Positions 28,188 through 36,698 of a stretch of DNA of 63,232 nt are shown here, piece by piece. How positions within the stretch are numbered: position 1 is the first letter of the stretch; each line of letters begins with the position of its first letter. The position numbers were made by a program, and so were the translations under genes. This stretch comes from Lysobacter sp. (GTDB taxonomy: Bacteria; Pseudomonadota; Gammaproteobacteria; Xanthomonadales; Xanthomonadaceae). The stretch is taken from NCBI GenBank assembly GCA_013362405.1, contig JABFWF010000157.1, positions 1 to 63,232 of the forward strand, given 5' to 3'. The notes below the pieces were generated by a model. The model was not told the origin of the DNA. It worked only from the letters and a program-made list of their open reading frames with translations, and made no database searches.

Positions 28188-28545
28188 CGCAATGCTCCTG
28201 CTTCTCCGGCGGGACTTCGACGAGCCCGATGAAGACGTCCTCGCGCCGGACGCCCGGCGAGCGGTGCAGCAGGTCGGCGATGCGCGCGAACAGCGCCCGC
28301 TTGGTCGCCAGGTCGCGACCGGTGTTGAAGGTGATCTGGATCACGACGATGTCGTCGCTGCGCCGGATGCCGAGATACGCCGGGTCGTAGAGCAGTCCTT
28401 GCGCATCGTGCTCTTCGATGACCTGGAACATGTCGAGCGGTGGAACATTGGCGACCTCCACCAGTGCCTGGTGGACTGCATCGCCGATCGCACGGCGGAA
28501 GGTCGGCGGTTTGCCCTGGCGCAGGGCGATGCGGACGAGCGGCAT
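27964..28545 (-). CDS. tautomerase-family protein with an anomalous 3' end
   Basis: MPLVRIALRQGKPPTFRRAIGDAVH...DDIVVIQITFN..DVFIGLVEVPPE. The frame has no stop until 27964, so it runs about 220 nt out of frame into ridA. Confidence 0.6.
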   Translation of the reverse strand: MPLVRIALRQGKPPTFRRAIGDAVHQALVEVANVPPLDMFQVIEEHDAQGLLYDPAYLGIRRSDDIVVIQITFNTGRDLATKRALFARIADLLHRSPGVRREDVFIGLVEVPPEKQEHCDASRRHCRARPPTTGAVFPSRSRTVPGIAPGLPLGPGGPGSRDGQARRWRLRARSRAGTAEHGGGPRRSGTRLR

Positions 28546-28565
28546 TGGTGGCTCCCGGTGCGCGA

Positions 28566-29021
28566 TCAGGTCGGGTTCTTGCCCCACAGGACGTTGACGA
28601 TCACCCAGCGTCCGTTCCATTTGGCGAGCTGGAGATAGTCGACGCCATACCAGGCGACGATCTTCGCCGTGGCGGCATTGCTGAAGGTGTCGAGCACCGT
28701 CACGTCGTGGCGCTGGCGCCCGGCCGGGACTCTGCCCTTTCCCTGGCGCGTGAGCGAGATCAATTCCGGTGCGTCGATGTCCTGGGTCAGGATGCTGACG
28801 TGGCGTTGTTCGTCGGTACCGACGTGGCGCATCACGAAGACGGGGTGCAGCGCGCGCGCCATGCGGTCCGCATCCGCGGTGTACCAGCCCTCTTCGAAAT
28901 CCAGGGCGGTGCGGATGATCGCCTTCCTGTCGGCCATCGATGGCGCGCCGGCGTGGCAAGCGACGCTGAACGCCGACAGCAGGAGGGCGGATCCTGCCAG
29001 GAAAACCGGGCGAGACGACAT
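28566..29021 (-). CDS. secreted NTF2/SnoaL-like protein
   Basis: Signal peptide, then IIRTALDFEEGWYTADADRM...LAKWNGRWVIVNVLW. Confidence 0.65.
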   Translation of the reverse strand: MSSRPVFLAGSALLLSAFSVACHAGAPSMADRKAIIRTALDFEEGWYTADADRMARALHPVFVMRHVGTDEQRHVSILTQDIDAPELISLTRQGKGRVPAGRQRHDVTVLDTFSNAATAKIVAWYGVDYLQLAKWNGRWVIVNVLWGKNPT

Positions 29022-29084
29022 CGTTTCCTTCTCCATGCAAGCGGCCATCGTCGGCCGGCCTGCATACGCTAGCCAGCAACAAAG

Positions 29085-29097
29085 GATTGGTCCAATC
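29085..29097. promoter_or_regulatory. palindrome GATTGGTCCAATC, candidate LysR-type regulator site
   Basis: Perfect 13-bp dyad in the AT-richer divergent region between the LysR gene and the NTF2-tautomerase-RidA operon. Confidence 0.4.
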
Positions 29098-29141
29098 GAA
29101 TGTTCATTGGAATATGATTCGATCAACTTATCCATTCGGGA

Positions 29142-30056
29142 ATGGGCCGGGGCATGGACCTCAAGCATCTGCGCCTGATCGAAGCGATCGCCGAACATGG
29201 CGGACTCACGGCCGCCGGACGCGACCTCCACCTGTCGCAGCCGGCGCTCAGCCAGCAGCTCGCGAACCTCGAAGCCGAACTCGGGCTTGCGCTTTTCCAC
29301 CGGATCGGCAGGAAGATGACGCCGACCGCGGCGGCGCGGATGGTGCTGGAGTCGGGAAGCGGACTGCTCGCCGGCATGCGCGACCTCGAAGAGCGCGTGC
29401 GCCGGAACGCACGGGGTTTGCGTTGCGAGGTACGACTCGGCATCCAGTGCTACACCGCGCTGCACTGGTTGCCGCAGGCGATGGTCCAGTTCCATCGCAC
29501 CCATCCGTCGGTCGAACTGAAGATCGTCAACGACGCAACGCATGAACCGGTGCTGGCGCTGCTCGACGGGCGCATCGACGTCGGCGTCCTCAATGCAACG
29601 TCGCAGGACCCGCGCCTGCGGACGGTGCCGATGTTCAAGGACGAACTGGTGGTCATCAGCGCGCCGGGCCATGCGTTCGGCGCACGGCCCCATGTCGCGC
29701 CGGAAGACCTAGTGGGCGAACAGGTCTTCGTCTACAGCGCCCCCCACGGTGGCGGCGCGCTCAACGCACTGGTGCAGCCCGTGCGCCGGAAGCTTGCGCG
29801 CTGGACGGAGATGCAATGGACCGATCCCATCATCACCTTCGTCGCTGCGGGCATGGGCGTCGGCATCGTGCCGGACTGGGTGCTCGACGCGCCGGCAGCC
29901 CGACGGAAGCTCCAGCGCTCGCGGCTCACGGCAGGTGGGTTGCGTCGGACGTGGAGCGTGGCGACGCTCGACTCGCGGGCCGTCCCGGAGTCGGCGATCG
30001 CGTTCTCGGCAGCGCTTCGGGACGCTACGCGCGCGCTGGCTTCGCGGAGAAGGTGA
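29142..30056 (+). CDS. LysR-family transcriptional regulator
   Basis: MDLKHLRLIEAIAEHGGLTAAGRDLHLSQPALSQQL. The start is either 29142 or 29154. Confidence 0.85.
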   Translation: MGRGMDLKHLRLIEAIAEHGGLTAAGRDLHLSQPALSQQLANLEAELGLALFHRIGRKMTPTAAARMVLESGSGLLAGMRDLEERVRRNARGLRCEVRLGIQCYTALHWLPQAMVQFHRTHPSVELKIVNDATHEPVLALLDGRIDVGVLNATSQDPRLRTVPMFKDELVVISAPGHAFGARPHVAPEDLVGEQVFVYSAPHGGGALNALVQPVRRKLARWTEMQWTDPIITFVAAGMGVGIVPDWVLDAPAARRKLQRSRLTAGGLRRTWSVATLDSRAVPESAIAFSAALRDATRALASRRR

Positions 30057-30136
30057 TCGCGCGGATCGGACGCCGGCAGCGAGTGTCGCGCGGGAGGGAC
30101 GCGACCCCGCCGACGCAACGCGCGCGCTTGCGCGGC

Positions 30137-30163
30137 GGTGAATGCGCGGCGCGCGCATTCACC
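30137..30163. terminator. perfect 12-bp stem hairpin between convergent genes
   Basis: GGTGAATGCGCG-gcg-CGCGCATTCACC. There is no U-tract, so it may be a REP or regulatory hairpin rather than a terminator. Confidence 0.4.
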
Positions 30164-30181
30164 CGGATTGGCGTCGCACCG

Positions 30182-31371
30182 TTACAGCGTCTTCAGGTAC
30201 TCCACGAGGTCGTGGTGCTGCGTCGGTGTCAGGTGCAGGTGCAGCACGCGGTCGTAGTGCGCGACCACGTCGTCGAGCGTCGCGGCGCTGCCGTCGTGGA
30301 AGTACGGCGGGTGCTGCCACAGTCCGCGCAGCGGCGTGGTGCGGTGGCCTTGTTCGCGGTGCGGGCGGCATAGGCGCCATCCATGCCGGTTTCCGACGGC
30401 AGGTGCAGCTTGCCGCCGTTGTTGTCGGTGCCGTCGGCGCCGACGTGGCAGCCCATGCACGCCTGGCCGAACACCGCGCGCCCGCGCGTCGCCGCGGTGG
30501 CGTCGAAGCTTCCTGCGGGCGGTGGCGGTGCGCGCAGGCTGAGCTGGTACGCGCGCAGCGCAGGCAGCTTCGGCGTGACGAGGTCGGGCGTCTGCACGAT
30601 GTGGATGCCCAGGCGCGGATCGGAGAAGTCGCCGTGGCCGCCCATCTGGGTCACCGCCACGTAGGCGTTCCAGTACGACACCGGGCCTTCCGCCGTGTAG
30701 GTCTCGTTCTTCACCTTCAGCAGCCCGTAGGCGGGCGGCAGCACGAGCGGCGTGCTGAGGCCATCGATGTTGAAGCGCGGGTCGTACTTGCCCGGGCCCC
30801 AGCTGTTGTACACGGCCTTCGCGGAGGCGGGCACGGCCGGCGACAGCGCGATGATCGCGCCCGGGTCGAGGTCGCGGTTTGGCCAGCCGTCGCGCCGATG
30901 GCCGATGCCCGGTGCGACCGAATCGTCGACGGTGGAGTGGCATAACGCGCAGGTGATGCCGAGCCGCGTGATGCGCCCGTTCGCGTCGACGCGCGCCTTG
31001 AGGCCGACCACCGCATCGAGCTTCAGCAACGCCACGGTCGTCGCCGGGTCGTTGAGGTTGGCGTGGGCGAGGGTGCCCGGCGGCAGCGCATCGGTATCGA
31101 CCTTCAGTCCGACCGCCAGCGCGGTGATCGGATCCACCGTCTGCACGACTTCGTGCATGCGCAGGCGGTCCGTCCACAGCTGTTCGTCGCCGAAGGTGTC
31201 GTAGCGGAAGATCTGCCGGCCCTGCGCGATCATTTCCGGCGAAAGCAGCCGGGCGCGGTCGTTGCCGGCGGCGCGCGCGTCGCCTTCGGATGCCGTACCG
31301 CAGCCTGCGAGCATGCCGGCGATGCAAACGGAAAGGAGGGTGGGCAGGACGGCTGACGGCAGGCAGGGCAT
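30182..31371 (-). pseudogene. frameshifted di-haem cytochrome c-type lipoprotein
   Basis: Lipobox (LAGC) and two CxxCH motifs (CALCH, CMGCH). The reading frame switches near 30340: frame A ends ...YAARTANKATAPRRC and frame B continues GHRTTPLRGLWQHPPYFHDGSAATLDDVVAHYD..EYLKTL. One missing G in AACAAGG(G)CCAC would restore the frame. Confidence 0.7.
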
Positions 31372-31671
31372 GGCGCGGCTCCTGTGCAGGCGGCAGGAGC
31401 GCGGGCGTCCTGCCGCAGGTGGGGAACCCGGACGCTACGCCGCTCTCCGCAGCCCGGCGCGAGGGGGTGTGTAAAGCGTCGGAACGCCAGCCGGGTCGCA
31501 CGGACACGGTTCCAGTGGCGGGTCAACGCTGCGCACGCCTCATGCCGTCGAAGCGGATTTCTTGCGACGCTCAGCGCTTCGAGCCGCATGAGTGCTGAGC
31601 TTCAACCGCGACGCCTGCGCCGATGGGAGTCAGGGGCCTCGATCGGACATCCGAAGCACCAACCACGATGC

Positions 31672-31701
31672 AAAAACGCCCGGCGTGGGCCGGGCGCTTT
31701 T
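31672..31701 (-). terminator. rho-independent terminator
   Basis: Stem CGCCCGGC/GCCGGGCG, followed on the minus strand by TTTTTG. It is immediately downstream of 31715..33121. Confidence 0.7.
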
Positions 31702-31714
31702 GCGGTCGGGCGGA

Positions 31715-33121
31715 TCAGCCCAACGGTTGCAGGTTGAGGATGGCCTGCAGGATCGAGGCCAGGATGTTGTAGCTGCCGTTGTCATAGCGGCCGTAGCGAT
31801 AGTCGCTGCCGTAGCCGTCCTCGTAGCCGCGCGAGAAGCCCTGGCGGAAGTAGTACGAATACTCGTCGGGCGCGACGTAGTAGCCGTTGTAGCCGTAGGT
31901 CGCGTCCTGCCAGGCGAAGTTGTCCCGGTAGCTGTCGCGCCAGCCGTCCATGCGGTCGGCTTCGCCGGCGCGAACGCCCTGGTCGTAGCCGTAGCGCACC
32001 GCGCGCTGCAGCAGGTCGGCGGCGTAGCTGTTCACTTCGTAATCCTGGCCGCCGCGCCAGTAGCGGTAGGACACGGGCGCTCCGTAGTACGGGTCGTTCG
32101 CGTAGCTGTAGTTGCGCGCGGCCCAGGCTTCCTGCATCTCGCGCTGGCCGGCCCAGTACGCCTGCTGGTAGCGCCAGGCCTGCATGCGCCGTTGCTGCTG
32201 CAGTTCGGCCGCCTCGCGGCGTTCGTCGTCGCCCATGCGGGCGATCTGGCGACGGTAGTCGGCCAGGCGCGCCTGCTGTTCCTGGATGCGACGCTGGCGC
32301 TCCGCGTCGGAAACGCGGTCGCGATCGCGCGCCTGGCGTTCGCGCAGTTCATCCTGATGCCGCGCGGCGTCCTGCTGCTGGTCGCGCGCGCGCTGCTGCG
32401 CATCGCGACGTGCGTCCGCCGCCTGCCCCTGGGCGTCGCGCATCGCGTCCTGACGCCGCAGTTGGGCATCGTGTCGCGCGTCGGCGGCCTGCTGCTGTGC
32501 GTCGCTGCGCTGATCCATGGCTCGCCGCTGCGCGTCACTGCGCGGGTCCATCGCCCGCCGCTGCGCGACGCTGCGCTGGTCCATCGCTCGCCGCTGTGCA
32601 TCGCTGCGCTGGTCCTCGGCCTGCTGCCGAGCGTCGCGGCGTTGCTCGGCGGCGCGCTGTTCGGCGACACGCTGCTGCGCGTCGGCCTGCTGGCGCGCAC
32701 GCGCGGCGTCGGCGTCGCGGCGCATCGCGTCGGCGCGCTCGCGCTGCTGGTCCTGCGCGCGTTCCTGCGCCGCATGCGCCTGCGCAGCGCGCTCCTGCGC
32801 GGCGTGCTGCTGGCCCTCGCGCGCGGCCTGCTGGGCCTCGCGCTGCTGGGCCTGCTGGGCCTCGTGCTGGGCCTCGCGATTCTGTGCCTCGTGCTGTTGG
32901 GCCTGTTGCTGCTGGCCTTGCTGGCGCTGTTGGCGCGCGGCGGCTTCGCGGTCCGCGCGCGTGTCCTTGCGATGCGGGGCCTGTTCCTGGTCCTGGTTCT
33001 GGTCCTGCTGCGCCGGATGCGCGAAAGCCGGTGCGGCGATCGCCAGCGCCAGCGCGAGTACGCCGAAACGGAGCGGGTCTTGCTTGTTCTTGTGCTTGGT
33101 GTGACTGGCGTTCATGGCCAA
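31715..33121 (-). CDS. secreted low-complexity Q/R/A/D repeat protein with a Tyr-rich C-terminal domain
   Basis: Signal peptide (LRFGVLALALAIAAPAFA), about 270 aa of Gln/Arg/Ala/Asp/Glu repeats including DQRSDAQRRAM x4, then the ordered domain ...YWRGGQDYEVNSYAADLLQRAVRYGYDQG... Confidence 0.7.
   Translation of the reverse strand: MAMNASHTKHKNKQDPLRFGVLALALAIAAPAFAHPAQQDQNQDQEQAPHRKDTRADREAAARQQRQQGQQQQAQQHEAQNREAQHEAQQAQQREAQQAAREGQQHAAQERAAQAHAAQERAQDQQRERADAMRRDADAARARQQADAQQRVAEQRAAEQRRDARQQAEDQRSDAQRRAMDQRSVAQRRAMDPRSDAQRRAMDQRSDAQQQAADARHDAQLRRQDAMRDAQGQAADARRDAQQRARDQQQDAARHQDELRERQARDRDRVSDAERQRRIQEQQARLADYRRQIARMGDDERREAAELQQQRRMQAWRYQQAYWAGQREMQEAWAARNYSYANDPYYGAPVSYRYWRGGQDYEVNSYAADLLQRAVRYGYDQGVRAGEADRMDGWRDSYRDNFAWQDATYGYNGYYVAPDEYSYYFRQGFSRGYEDGYGSDYRYGRYDNGSYNILASILQAILNLQPLG
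32490..32630. repeat. in-frame 33-bp tandem repeats (about 4 units) inside 31715..33121
   Basis: Consecutive units (plus strand) of the type CTGCGCGTCACTGCGCGGGTCCATCGCCCGCCG encode the 11-aa unit DQRSDAQRRAM. Confidence 0.75.
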
Positions 33122-33477
33122 CCTCGGTGTGCGGGATCGCTGCGAACGCAGTTGGCGACCGCATCCATTAACGCGCGATGAGATCCGAAGACCGGCATCG
33201 CGCGCATTCAGCGCGCGGCGTGGAAATTCGTCAGACGCATCGCGTTCGTAAAAGATTCGTCAACTGAATGCGCAGCGCGCGCATCTTCACAAAATCACGA
33301 CTAAACAAAGCGCTCGCCAAACCGCCAACGCGGTTGCGATTTGGGACATCCTTGCTCGCGCCGGCTTCACGCGGCTTCTACCTTCACTCCGGCGGCGCAA
33401 GGGAGCGCGCCGTTTTTTCCGGATGTTTTTTCGCCGAGGCGAGGACGCCGAAGGCACTTTTCTGAAATGGGGTATCG

Positions 33478-34605
33478 ATGATCAAGAGCGAGAACGTTCT
33501 CGAGCGGAACGTCGCACGCCGCGACTTCCTGAAGACCACTTCCGGCCTTGCGGCCGCCGCCGCCTTCGGCGGTTTCACGCTTCCCGCCCTCGCCTACGTT
33601 CCGCCGACACGCAGTCGCGGATCCACCGTCATCAGCGTCAAGGACACCGGCGCGGTCGGCAACGGCGTCCACGACGACACATCCGCCATCCAGGCGGCGG
33701 TCAACAAGCTGCCGTCCACCGGCGGCACGGTGTACATCCCCGACGGCACCTACCTGATCGACACCATCAGGAAGATCAACCTGCGCAGCCTGATGATGCT
33801 CAAGCTCTCCGCGGGCGCGGTGCTGAAGGCGAAGACCTCCTCGGTCAGCCGCGCCTACGTCGTCTACGCGCGTAACGTGTCCGACGTCGAGATCGCCGGC
33901 GGCCAGGTGGTCGGCGAGCGCGACACGCACCGCTTCGTCAGCGGTACCACCGACGAGTGGAACCACGGCATCCAGATCCTCGGTTGCAAGCGCGTCACCG
34001 TGCGCGACATCCGCGTGAGCAAGTGCACCGGCGACGGCATCTGCGTCGGCGGCGCCGCCTACGACGTCGTGGTGGACAACGTGGTCTGCACCGCCAACCG
34101 CCGCCAGGGCCTGTCGCTCACCCACTGCAGCAACATCAAGGTGTACGACTCGGAGTTCAGCTACACCCAGGGCACCAGCCCCGAGTGCGGCATCGACATC
34201 GAGCCAGACCCCGGCTACACCTGCTCGAACATCCGCGTCCAGAACTGCCGGCTGTACAAGAACGCCAAGTACGGCATCAACATCTGGAAGAACGCCAGCA
34301 GCATCGTGCTGACGGGCAACACCTTCGAGTACAACGGCAGCCTGGGCCTGTCGACGTACTACTGCTCGGGCGTCACGGTGACCTCGAATACCTTCCGCTA
34401 CAACTCGGCGACGGGCGTGGTCTACAACGCCGGCACCCGCAACCTGAGCCACGGCAGCAACATGTCCTACGGCAACTACACCCGGTTGGGCATAAAGACC
34501 CGCACGCCGTTCACCCAGACCGGCTGGTCGAGCAAGATCGAGCGCGACGTCCTGATCCGCAGTTCCACGGGCACCGTTTCGATCAGGACCAACAACTACA
34601 AGTAG
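33478..34605 (+). CDS. Tat-exported right-handed beta-helix (pectate-lyase-fold) protein
   Basis: Tat motif (RRDFLKTTSGLAAAAAFGG). ISVKDTGAVGNGVHDDTSAIQAAV..GGTVYIPDGTYLI. Repeated beta-helix turns (CTGDGICVGG, NRRQGLSL, GIDIEPD). Confidence 0.75.
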   Translation: MIKSENVLERNVARRDFLKTTSGLAAAAAFGGFTLPALAYVPPTRSRGSTVISVKDTGAVGNGVHDDTSAIQAAVNKLPSTGGTVYIPDGTYLIDTIRKINLRSLMMLKLSAGAVLKAKTSSVSRAYVVYARNVSDVEIAGGQVVGERDTHRFVSGTTDEWNHGIQILGCKRVTVRDIRVSKCTGDGICVGGAAYDVVVDNVVCTANRRQGLSLTHCSNIKVYDSEFSYTQGTSPECGIDIEPDPGYTCSNIRVQNCRLYKNAKYGINIWKNASSIVLTGNTFEYNGSLGLSTYYCSGVTVTSNTFRYNSATGVVYNAGTRNLSHGSNMSYGNYTRLGIKTRTPFTQTGWSSKIERDVLIRSSTGTVSIRTNNYK

Positions 34606-34675
34606 GACTGCGCGCCCTTGCGCACGAAGCCCCGGCTGGTCCGGGGCTTCGCTTTTCGCAGCCGGAATTTCGCAT

Positions 34676-35182
34676 TCAGACGATCGCCGACGGCAGCGGC
34701 GCGCCGCGGAAATGCGCGTCGAGGTTGGCGAGTACGCACAACGCCATGCGCGCGTCGGCGTCATGGGTCTCCGGATCGACCGGCGCCACGGCCACCCGCA
34801 CGCGATGCGCGGTGGCCGCATGCAGGTCGACGCCCGGGCAGGTCGGTCCATGGATGGCGATCAGCCTCAGCCCGCGCAGATGGGCGATGAATTCCCGGTC
34901 GATGCTGCTCCCGCTGTCGCCCACGATCGCGGCGATGCATCGCGCGTCGCCGCATTCGACCGGTGTGTGCAACAACGTATAGCGGGCGGCGAGCGCGCCG
35001 AGCAGGGCGGGCGGCAGCGGCGCCAGGACCAGCACTTCGGCGTCCGCCGCGACGCCGTCCGCCGGCCGGTTCAGGTCGTCGGCGACGAGGGCGATGTTGC
35101 GGTTGCGGACGGGGGCATGGCCATGCAGGCGGGCGCCCCCGGCGCCCGGTGCGAGGAGCGTGGTGAGCAGCGGAATGCGCAT
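34676..35182 (-). pseudogene. remnant of a D-2-hydroxyacid dehydrogenase lacking the NAD-binding domain
   Basis: The N-terminal substrate-domain pattern (..IAAIVGDSGSSIDREFIAHLRGLRLIAIHG..GVDLHAATAHRVRVAVAP) joins directly to the C-terminal tail (..ETHDADARMALCVLANLDAHFRGAPLPSAIV). No GxGxxG segment is present. Confidence 0.55.
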
Positions 35183-35483
35183 CGATGCTGGCCCCTGTTT
35201 CCCTTCTGGCAACGCGACGTCCGGAGGCGGCAGGACAGCGCCGCGCCGCATCCCTGGCGTCGCCATTCGTCGTACAGACAACGCCGTGACGACCGCGAGA
35301 ACGCATGCATGGCCTGTCCGGCGCCCTGCACGCGCGGCGTTGTGCCTTGCAAGCGCGCCGCCGTACGCCGCGCGCACGCCATCGCATCGCCGCGCGTGCG
35401 GCGGAACGCGTGGGCGAACCGGGGGCGTCCGACGCGTGGCGAAGCGGCACCGCCCGATCTGCCGCGCTGCTCCAGGAGGTCCC

Positions 35484-36644
35484 ATGTCCACTCCACGTTC
35501 ATTGCTTGCCGGCGCACTGGCGCTCGGCACGGCGCTGGCATGTTCGGCCAGTTTCGCCGGCGCTTCCGCGCCCCCCGCCTCGCTGACGCCGGAGGCGATC
35601 GCCAGCCTGGTGCAGCCGCAGGCCGCGCAGGCGGTGACGGTGTCGGTGTTCGCCACGGGCCTGTACAACCCGCGCGGGCTGAAGTTCGGACCCGACGGCT
35701 ACCTGTACGTCGCCGAAGGCGGCAAGGGCGGCACGCATTCCACCGTGGGCCAGTGCACGCAGGTGGTCGCGCCGGTCGGCCCGTACACCGGCAGTTACAC
35801 CGGCGGCCGGATTTCGCGCATCAGCGCGCACGGCGTGCGCACGACGGTGACCAGCCAGCTGCCATCCAGCCAGACCAGCCCGGCGCTCGGTTCGCTCATC
35901 AGCGGCGTGGCGGACGTGGCCTTCGTCGACGGGAAGCTGTACGCGCTGATGTCGGGCGCCGGCTGCTCGCATGGCGTGCGCGGGCGCGACAACGCGGTCG
36001 TGCGCATCCATTCGGATGGCTCGCTGTCGCTCGTCGCCGACCTCAGCACCTTCATCAAGTCGCATCCCGTGATGAATCCGGAGCCGGACGACTTCGAGCC
36101 CGACGGCACCTGGTGGGGCCTGGTCGCCGCGGGCGGCTACCTGTTCGCCACCGAGCCCAACCACGGCGAACTCGACCGCATCGACCCGCGCACCGGCGCC
36201 GTGCACCGCGTGGCCGACATTTCGGCGACGCAGGGCCATATCGTGCCGACCGCGCTGACCGCGTTCTACGGGCACCTGTTCGTCGGCAACCTCGGCACGT
36301 TCCCGGTCGCCGCGGGCGCGTCGAAGATCATGCGGATCTCGCCGATCACCGGCCAGCTGAGCACCGTCGTCACCGGCCTCACCACCGTGCTTGGCGTGCA
36401 GTTCGACAGCCGCGGGCGGATGTACGCGCTGCAGACCACCGACGGTTCGAACCCGAACCCGGTGCCCGGCACCGGCAGCATCGTGCGCATCGTCAACGGC
36501 GCGCCGGAAACGATCGTTTCCGGGCTGACCACGCCGACGGGGATGGCGTTCGGGCCCGACGGCGACCTCTACGTGTCGAACGTGGGTTTCGGCGCGCCCC
36601 CGATGGGCCTCGGGCAGGTGCTGCGCATCCATCTCGGGCAATGA
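35484..36644 (+). CDS. ScyD/ScyE-family (NHL-like beta-propeller) secreted protein
   Basis: Signal peptide, then LYNPRGLKFGPDGYLYVAEGGKGG...TPTGMAFGPDGDLYVSN. Confidence 0.7.
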   Translation: MSTPRSLLAGALALGTALACSASFAGASAPPASLTPEAIASLVQPQAAQAVTVSVFATGLYNPRGLKFGPDGYLYVAEGGKGGTHSTVGQCTQVVAPVGPYTGSYTGGRISRISAHGVRTTVTSQLPSSQTSPALGSLISGVADVAFVDGKLYALMSGAGCSHGVRGRDNAVVRIHSDGSLSLVADLSTFIKSHPVMNPEPDDFEPDGTWWGLVAAGGYLFATEPNHGELDRIDPRTGAVHRVADISATQGHIVPTALTAFYGHLFVGNLGTFPVAAGASKIMRISPITGQLSTVVTGLTTVLGVQFDSRGRMYALQTTDGSNPNPVPGTGSIVRIVNGAPETIVSGLTTPTGMAFGPDGDLYVSNVGFGAPPMGLGQVLRIHLGQ

Positions 36645-36698
36645 CGGATGGCGAAGGCCCGGCGCTGGCCGGGCCTTCGTCGTGTTTCCCGCGGGTCG

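Noticed and set aside
32490-32630. Possible CRISPR array or non-coding VNTR
   Set aside because: The 33-bp units are contiguous with no spacers and are in frame within a long ORF that has a signal peptide. This is a coding tandem repeat, not CRISPR. I saw no CRISPR-like repeat-spacer array anywhere in the window.
33268-33465. 65-aa ORF in the AT-richer region upstream of the beta-helix gene
   Set aside because: It has no SD and no codon-position GC bias, and it sits in what looks like the divergent promoter and leader region.
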